Position numbers and translations under genes: made by a program
NCBI GenBank assembly: GCA_043811535.1
Contig: JBDRNC010000012.1
Span: forward strand, 32,001-96,000
Source of the DNA: Elusimicrobiota bacterium
GTDB lineage: Bacteria > Elusimicrobiota > Endomicrobiia > Endomicrobiales > JBDRNC01
Length of the DNA: 64,000 bases
Direction: 5' to 3'
The notes under the pieces: model-generated
Told to the model about the DNA's origin: nothing
The model's database searches: none
Seen by the model: the letters and a program-made list of their open reading frames with translations, nothing else
Shown: positions 58,601-64,000 of the stretch, piece by piece
Numbering within the stretch: the stretch's first letter is position 1
How the letters are laid out: every line of letters begins with the position of its first letter

Positions 58601-61600
58601 CACGGTTATCGTCGCGCTGGACCACATCACCGTCTCGGAAGGAAGATAGACGCCCACAAGGAAATATCCAGTCGCGTTCGGCCCTATATCCGGAAGCGCC
58701 CAGCACGGGTAGTCGTCTGCGGTGTATGTCCCGCTCTTGTCCTTGTCCCAGTATACCGTCACCGGCCACGTTGAGCAGCCCTGCACGTATGCCGTGCTGA
58801 TATGAACACTGTCCCCTAAATTTCCTTCGTTAATTATCTTGTATGAAAAATACGCCGTTGTCCCGGGCAATGTCCCCTTGTCATCGGGCACCGAGCCCCA
58901 CGCAGACGCGTAACCGGTTGAAACCTTAATACTCATCTCGCTGAATGTCGTTGAAGAGCCCTGCTGGTCCCAGTACGCGAACGAATCGCCGGGTATGTCG
59001 GCTGTGTTCGCGATACCTTTGTCGCTTCCGGATACTATCAATGAATTCGCCGGCGTCTGCGACATCACAAGAAACTTCACGTCATCTAAGTATATGTCGC
59101 CGTCCACGTCGTTGCTCATGCTCGCTTCAGATATCCATTTTATGTCCGTGATATTAGTCAGCGTGAATCCTGAGTCGGCGTTCCTTAAAAATCTGTCCAA
59201 AGGTATTATCACATTCTGCCAGACGCTCGTGCCCGTTATCAGCTGCTCCTGCAATTGGACTTTGGCATATTTGCCACTATTATCTACCAATTGAACATTA
59301 CAGCTTGTATCTGCATTGGGCGTATATATCCAAAATGACATCGCACTGTAAGTTGAAACATCAACGCTTAAATTGTTTATTCCCCCGCCTACCCAGTCAA
59401 CCATGCTTGACCACCACATCCTGTATGAATACCCGGAAGGCGTAAGTCTTATGTTTGAGTTATATTCCCGTTTGTCGTCCCTTGCCCATGTCCCTGCCCC
59501 CCAATTTGTGGGAGGTCCGCCGGTGTCAAAATCAGCAACAGTATCATCAACGGTATTGCCTGAGCCATGTTTTATCCTTACCGTGTATGATACGGAATTA
59601 CTCGTCCCGCCGTCAACAGAAGCGTCCACCCATCTGACCTTCGTCGCCGTAGCATTGTACGCGTCCTGCCACGCGCCGCTTACATAGAACTGATTGGAAT
59701 CCGCGGCCCCGTTGCCCGGGTCACCGTCAAGTTCCGTGTTGAACGGTATCGCCTCCGTTATCAACATCCCCGTGCCGGCTGTGTCGCCTATATTAGGATA
59801 CGATATGGTGTAGGTTATCTTGTCGCCCGGCTCGGATACCCTGCCGTTGGCTATCGCGTCTACGGCCGCAGAACTGCGCGCTACCGATATAGACACCCCC
59901 GAAACCGAATTCGATGCTATCGCAATGAAACTGTCAGTTATAGTGTCGTCGTCCGTGCCCGAAGGCCAGGAATCATTCGCACCGGAACCGTTGTGGTCAT
60001 TGGCCGTCACACTTATCGTCGCGCTGGACCACATCACCGTCTCGGAAGGAAGATAGACGCCCACAAGGAAGTATCCTGTCGCATTCGGCGCTATGTCAGG
60101 CAATGCCCAGCACGCGTAGTCGCCTGCCGTATAAGTCCCGCTCTTGTCCTTGTCCCAGTACACCGTCACCGGCCATGTCGAGCAGTTCTGCACGTACGCA
60201 GTGCTTATATGCACGCTGTCGCCTAAATTGCCGTTGTTGATTATCTTGTACTCGAAGTATATCGTCGTGCCTGGATACGTCCCCTTGTCGGCCGGCACCG
60301 AGCTCCACACGGCCGCGTAGCCCGTTGAAACTTTCACATTCATCTCGCTGAATGTCGAAGATGAGCCCTGCTGGGTCCAGTACGCGAACGAATCGCCCGG
60401 GTAGTCAGCCGTGTTCGCGATACCCTTGTCGCTCCCGGACATGATAAAAGAGTTAGCAGGCGCTTGCGACAGTTTCAGAAATTTTACGTCGTCTATATAT
60501 ATATCGGCGTCAACGGTGTTGTTGCCCAAGTCGTACTCACTGAACCATTTTATTTCCTTGAGCAGGTAATCTAAATTCTGGTTGTTCCTTTTAAAGGCTT
60601 CAAGAGGTATTATCACGTTCTGCCACACGCTCGTTCCCGTGACAAGGTAATCACGCAGATCCAGCACCCTTCCTATATCGTCGCCGGCATTATCCTGCAA
60701 TTGCACGTTCAGACTCACATTTTGGGTGGAAGAGTATATCCAGAACGACAAAGCGCTGTATGTGGAAATATCTATTCCGCTGTAAGAGGTAAGGGCGCCT
60801 CCCCCCCATCTTCCGGCCGCGCTGCATCCTCTCCACCATATATAGAATGAATTGCTGCCTCCGGGAGTATGATTCACTACGCTGGAAATGGAAGACCCGC
60901 CGCCCCATGTCGGCATATTGTCGCCAATACCTCCCCAGTTGCTGCCGCCCCACGTGGTGCCGTCAAAATCATTAACGGTATCATCCTTTGGATTTCCCGA
61001 TCCGTGTTTTATCTTTACGGTGTATGAAACGGAACAGTTCGAACCACCCGGCACCGAAGCATCCACCCACCTGACCTTAGTAGCTGCCGCGTCATACCCG
61101 TCCTGCCACGCGCTGCCTACGTAAAACTGGTTGGAATCCGCATCCCCGTCGCCCGGGTCAGCGTCAAACTCCGTGTTGAACGGTATCGCTTCCGTTATCA
61201 GCATCCCCGTTCCGGCCGTGTCGCCTATATTAGGATACGATATAGTGTATGTTATCTTGTCGCCCGGTTCGGACATCCGGCCGTTGGCTATCGCGTCTAC
61301 CGCAGCCGAACTCCGCGCCACAGTTATAGATACACCGGATATCGTGTTGGATGCTACCGCAATGAAATCGTCCGTGATGGTGTCATTTCCAGCCGACGGC
61401 CAGTTGTCCTCTGTCCCAGCGCCGTTCCTGTCTTTCGCGGTTATGCGAATGGTCGAACTGGACCAAAGCACGGCGGTGTCCGGAATTAAAACGCCCGCGA
61501 GGAAATAATGTGTGGCGCTCGGAGCAAGGCCTATGGTATTATCATAGGGCGTGTCGCCCGTAGTATAAGTGCCGCTCTTATCCTTGTCCCAATAAATCCT

Positions 61601-62497
61601 GAATGACCATGTTGAGCCTTGTACCACCTGCGAGCTGAAAGCGATGCTGTCGGCGGCATTCCCGTCATTTCTTATTTGGTAGGCAAAATAGATTGTTGTT
61701 CCCTGGATCGCTCCCTTGTCTAGCGGCGTTGACGCCCAGGCGCACGCGAAACCCGTGGACACAAGAACATCGACTACGTTTGACGTCGTGCTTGAAGCCG
61801 CCTGGTCCCAAGTCATCAGAGTGTCGCCGGGAATATCGCACTGGTCGGCAAGGCCTTTGTCTCCGCCTGAATACACTCTTGAGTTGGCCGGGGCGTCTAT
61901 GTCATCGAGGAATTTGAGGTCGTCTATGTAGATGCTTCCGGAGATGTCGTTGCCCTGATCATACTCCGACATCCATTTTATCTCTTTAATCTTGAGATCC
62001 AGGTCCTTATTGTCCCGCTTGAACGCTTCGAGAGGAATTATGACATTCTGCCAGACGTTGCTTCCCGTTACCAGGTAATCCGTGAGTTTTACCCTGCCCA
62101 TGTCATCGCCGAAATCCGCGTGGTCCTGGATCTGGATATTTATATCGGTATTCGCGTTCGGAGTGTATATCCAGAAGGAAAGCGCGCTGTAGGTGGAAAC
62201 ATCTACGGATGCATTATTGAAATGAGTGTTGCCTCCGCCATAGCGCCCTGCCGCGGCGCCATAACTCCAGTATATATGCTCGGAGTTGCCGGCAATAGGC
62301 GGGTGGTTTGCCGCGGAACTGGGTTCTGCGGTCGCAATACCGACTTCGTAGCCTCCGCCCCATGTGCCGATGTTCCACCCGTTGCCGTCATAGTCATTGA
62401 CAGAGTCCTCAATGCAATGCGCCGCGCCGAAAGCGCCGGCAATAATGACAGCAACGATGATGAAACAGCGCGCCAATCTCATAGGATGTTTAAACAT
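55649..62497 (-). CDS. 2282-aa secreted repeat protein: four CBM11/CIA30-like domains alternating with Ig/DUF11 modules; C-terminal T9SS type B-like (gliding-motility CTD) domain
   Basis: Repeats DxSTYxAxSFWIY...WQNVIIP...IYxDD; PGDKITYTISYPN; C-terminus ILTP..PGKND..F...IFD..G..V..L...WDG...SGVY.YQI. Confidence 0.82.
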   Translation of the reverse strand: MFKHPMRLARCFIIVAVIIAGAFGAAHCIEDSVNDYDGNGWNIGTWGGGYEVGIATAEPSSAANHPPIAGNSEHIYWSYGAAAGRYGGGNTHFNNASVDVSTYSALSFWIYTPNANTDINIQIQDHADFGDDMGRVKLTDYLVTGSNVWQNVIIPLEAFKRDNKDLDLKIKEIKWMSEYDQGNDISGSIYIDDLKFLDDIDAPANSRVYSGGDKGLADQCDIPGDTLMTWDQAASSTTSNVVDVLVSTGFACAWASTPLDKGAIQGTTIYFAYQIRNDGNAADSIAFSSQVVQGSTWSFRIYWDKDKSGTYTTGDTPYDNTIGLAPSATHYFLAGVLIPDTAVLWSSSTIRITAKDRNGAGTEDNWPSAGNDTITDDFIAVASNTISGVSITVARSSAAVDAIANGRMSEPGDKITYTISYPNIGDTAGTGMLITEAIPFNTEFDADPGDGDADSNQFYVGSAWQDGYDAAATKVRWVDASVPGGSNCSVSYTVKIKHGSGNPKDDTVNDFDGTTWGGSNWGGIGDNMPTWGGGSSISSVVNHTPGGSNSFYIWWRGCSAAGRWGGGALTSYSGIDISTYSALSFWIYSSTQNVSLNVQLQDNAGDDIGRVLDLRDYLVTGTSVWQNVIIPLEAFKRNNQNLDYLLKEIKWFSEYDLGNNTVDADIYIDDVKFLKLSQAPANSFIMSGSDKGIANTADYPGDSFAYWTQQGSSSTFSEMNVKVSTGYAAVWSSVPADKGTYPGTTIYFEYKIINNGNLGDSVHISTAYVQNCSTWPVTVYWDKDKSGTYTAGDYACWALPDIAPNATGYFLVGVYLPSETVMWSSATISVTANDHNGSGANDSWPSGTDDDTITDSFIAIASNSVSGVSISVARSSAAVDAIANGRVSEPGDKITYTISYPNIGDTAGTGMLITEAIPFNTELDGDPGNGAADSNQFYVSGAWQDAYNATATKVRWVDASVDGGTSNSVSYTVRIKHGSGNTVDDTVADFDTGGPPTNWGAGTWARDDKREYNSNIRLTPSGYSYRMWWSSMVDWVGGGINNLSVDVSTYSAMSFWIYTPNADTSCNVQLVDNSGKYAKVQLQEQLITGTSVWQNVIIPLDRFLRNADSGFTLTNITDIKWISEASMSNDVDGDIYLDDVKFLVMSQTPANSLIVSGSDKGIANTADIPGDSFAYWDQQGSSTTFSEMSIKVSTGYASAWGSVPDDKGTLPGTTAYFSYKIINEGNLGDSVHISTAYVQGCSTWPVTVYWDKDKSGTYTADDYPCWALPDIGPNATGYFLVGVYLPSETVMWSSATITVTAKDHNGSGANDSWPSGADDDTITDSFVAIASNAVSGVSISVARSSAAVDTIANGRVSEPGDKITYTISYPNIGDTAGTGMLITEAIPFNTEFDADPGAGYADSNQFYVGSAWQDGWDATATKVRWVDASVGGGTSNSVSYTVKIKNGNGNNVEETVANFDSGSNPIDIGGGIWGNPFAEYSTLNHSPASGYSLELRWNYTDPDWGGGGLNGMAVDISTYNAISFWIYTPNANTDLNVQIQDQDASGNETGYVQLQDYLTTGTSVWQNVIIPFEAFRRSEPNLDFVVKEIKWIAETSKGNDSSGRIYIDDVKLLNLPQAPANSLVISGGDKWTANTADCPGDSFVYWDQQGSSTTFSEMNVRVSTCYAASFSSVPSDLSVSAAGDYYFAYKLVNNGNLGDNISLTPSVDSGQAYSSSILWDRNNNGSYDAGTDFEVFSTSGLQPNCTFPFLVKVIVPSDAVGGQPTTMRVTAKTNYGDGNTDNWPVNPSASSVDDTITDDFVMEVSTVYAVTCTHEPSQATQNLNPGATAYFAYTFRNDGNVPDIFSLSVTTVAGNAWNVWITSDTNHNSLHTEDEFTVVANTVALSPAQSFYCFVAINIPPAAVGSATARITVRDHDGTGSSGTHIAERNAIALSSVDNTAPVITILKSPPANIGMIGNKILLVSEIIDIESELSSVTLTYWIGSQSKAAQTLTATSTIYTADFNDLVAGNCTIRYYLTAVNQWGYTSWSSTGIFSVSQITKSDNFSSGKLLVDDGNPDDGNTSIDIPAGALKDNINLIIVQNNRDDSDVPRGNAPANSVYPSTVYDFKDDDGSTKGKDVTFKKPVTLTLLYMETDKDGYEDSSGKDERFMRVFWWDNYEWRLIGGKVDITNKTVTAKIMHLSKYAVFPIKSLTADDYRAKERILTPAGSPGKNDFCQFGVSGDNVKINIFDVNGAKVRELKDGVNIWDGKDEDDEIVESGVYIYQIKTGNETVSGTILIIK

Positions 62498-62605
62498 ATG
62501 GCTATACGGCTAATTAACTACATGGTTAAATGGTTTAATTGCTAAATTGCCAGAATAACCGTTTGACCATTTGCATCAATCAATTAAGCCGTTTAGCAAT
62601 GATTC

Positions 62606-64000
62606 TTATTTTATCTTTATCTTATATGATACGGTCTGATCTCCGCTGCCCGAAGGAACGGAATCATCTTTCCACCGCACTTTCGTAGCGGTAACATCGT
62701 AACCGCCCTGCCAGGCGCTGCCGACATAATACTCTATGCTATCGGCATTCCCGAGGCCCGGATCAGCCGAGGGATCCGCCGCAAGATATGTATTGAACGG
62801 CAATGCTTCGGTAATGTAAAGGTTCGTCGCAGGTTCATTTCCGCTGTTATCGTACGTCAGTGTCACAAGTATCGTTGTGTCGCCAGGCCTTGCTACTGCC
62901 GTGTCCGTGCTCTTCATAAGCGACATAAGCGCGCCCGACGCGTTCAGCGAGAAACTATCTGTTATGGTATCGTCATCCGCGCCTGTCGGCCAAGTGTCGT
63001 TGCCGCCGCCGCCGAAGAAATCCTTTGCGGTCAGCTGAACCGTGGTCTGAGACTCGAGCGCCGTTCCCACAGGGACGTACATTTGAATAAGGAAATAATA
63101 CGTGCTTTCCGGTATAAAACTGACCGACCTGTCGTACGCCGTGTCGCCGCTTGTCATAGTACCGCTCTTGTCCTTATCCCAGTATATAGTGAACGGCCAT
63201 GTTGAGCCCACGACAACTTGAGAACTGAAAACAACTTCGTCGCCGGAATTGCCGTTATTGACTATCTGGTACGCGAAATACGCGGTCGTTCCGGGAAGCG
63301 CGTATTTATCGGCGGGCGTTGACGTCCACGCGATAGCGTAACCGGTTGACACCTGAACGTTCACAAGGTTTGAGCTCACGCTTGACGTGGCAAGGTCCCA
63401 GACCATCAGGGTATCGCCCGGCGCGTCGGCTGTATTCGCGGTCCATATATCCGTTCCGGAATAGACTCTTGACCTTGTCGGAGCATGCGCCAGTATTACA
63501 AAGGAGATGTTGTCAATGTAGATGCTGCCGGCAATATCGCTGCCCTGATCGTATTCCGACATCCATTTTATCTCTTTGATCTTAAAGTCAAGGGCTGGCT
63601 GGGCTCTTTTAAAGGCATCCAGAGGTATTATGACGTTCTGCCATGTGTTAACTCCTGTTACCAGGTAATCCTGCAGTTGCACCCTGCCCATATCATCGCC
63701 GAAATCCGAGTGGTCCTGCATCTGAACGGTTATGCCTGTATTCGCGTTCGGCGTGTATATCCAGAAGGAAAGCGCGCTGTAGGTTGAAACGTCAACTGCT
63801 GTACTGTCGAAATTGGCGTTACCGCCGCCCCAGCGTCCAGCCGCCGCGCCGTAACTCCAGTAAATATGGAGCGAGTTGCCTGCAACAGGCCCAAGGTACG
63901 CGTCCGTGGTGGTTTCGCCGGTCGCGATCCCGACTTCATAGCCGCCGGCCCACGTGCTGACGTTCCACCCGCTCCCGTCCCAATCCGTCATGAGATGATC
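62606..64000 (-). CDS. Paralogous CBM-Ig-DUF11 repeat protein; 5' end runs off the window
   Basis: Same module as the 2282-aa protein; ends SYKIKIK without a CTD. Confidence 0.8.
   Translation of the reverse strand, partial: DHLMTDWDGSGWNVSTWAGGYEVGIATGETTTDAYLGPVAGNSLHIYWSYGAAAGRWGGGNANFDSTAVDVSTYSALSFWIYTPNANTGITVQMQDHSDFGDDMGRVQLQDYLVTGVNTWQNVIIPLDAFKRAQPALDFKIKEIKWMSEYDQGSDIAGSIYIDNISFVILAHAPTRSRVYSGTDIWTANTADAPGDTLMVWDLATSSVSSNLVNVQVSTGYAIAWTSTPADKYALPGTTAYFAYQIVNNGNSGDEVVFSSQVVVGSTWPFTIYWDKDKSGTMTSGDTAYDRSVSFIPESTYYFLIQMYVPVGTALESQTTVQLTAKDFFGGGGNDTWPTGADDDTITDSFSLNASGALMSLMKSTDTAVARPGDTTILVTLTYDNSGNEPATNLYITEALPFNTYLAADPSADPGLGNADSIEYYVGSAWQGGYDVTATKVRWKDDSVPSGSGDQTVSYKIKIK

Noticed and set aside
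51..63939. Numerous short ORFs (mostly + strand) overlapping long minus-strand genes, e.g. 23847-24620, 24741-25514, 27776-28564
   Set aside because: They are antisense or alternative-frame shadows of well-supported genes and have no recognisable motifs.

Overview
This is a bacterial chromosomal window with almost all genes on the minus strand. The gene style (PorV/PorP-like barrels, FlgD/T9SS-like C-terminal domains, tail-fibre-like proteins) suggests Elusimicrobiota or a related diderm; that assignment is an inference. The window has four blocks. (1) 1-2.6 kb: pilB/gspE and a partial pilC/gspF. (2) ~2.8-20.3 kb: an AT-richer island with an outer-membrane protein, a tail-collar-like protein, a Gly-rich surface protein, a beta-propeller-like protein and a 3429-aa multidomain surface protein whose N-terminus is an NlpC/P60 peptidase. 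The island's right edge carries two broken tRNA genes (5' half of tRNA-Lys-CTT, partial tRNA-Ser-CGA) and repeated recombinase-type sites. (3) 20.5-31.6 kb: housekeeping and repair genes, including an ORF6N(frameshifted)-lexA-small ORF-dinB SOS cassette with a candidate new LexA box. (4) 31.8-64 kb: a large glycan-utilisation locus, probably LacI-regulated, with a GH144-like beta-1,2-glucanase, two discoidin-(alpha/alpha)6 hydrolases and a sugar ABC transporter. It has no SusC/SusD or TonB receptor in the window. Instead it has an unusual outer-membrane protein, a CsgG/FlgT-like protein and two pairs of CTD-bearing cargo plus PorV/PorP-like barrel, one barrel carrying an inserted carbohydrate-binding module. 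Many small non-autonomous elements are scattered throughout: IS200/IS605-type PATEs, a TIR MITE, periodic 7/8-mer palindromic arrays and in-frame inserts in dinB. All domain calls come from motif recognition, not database searches.
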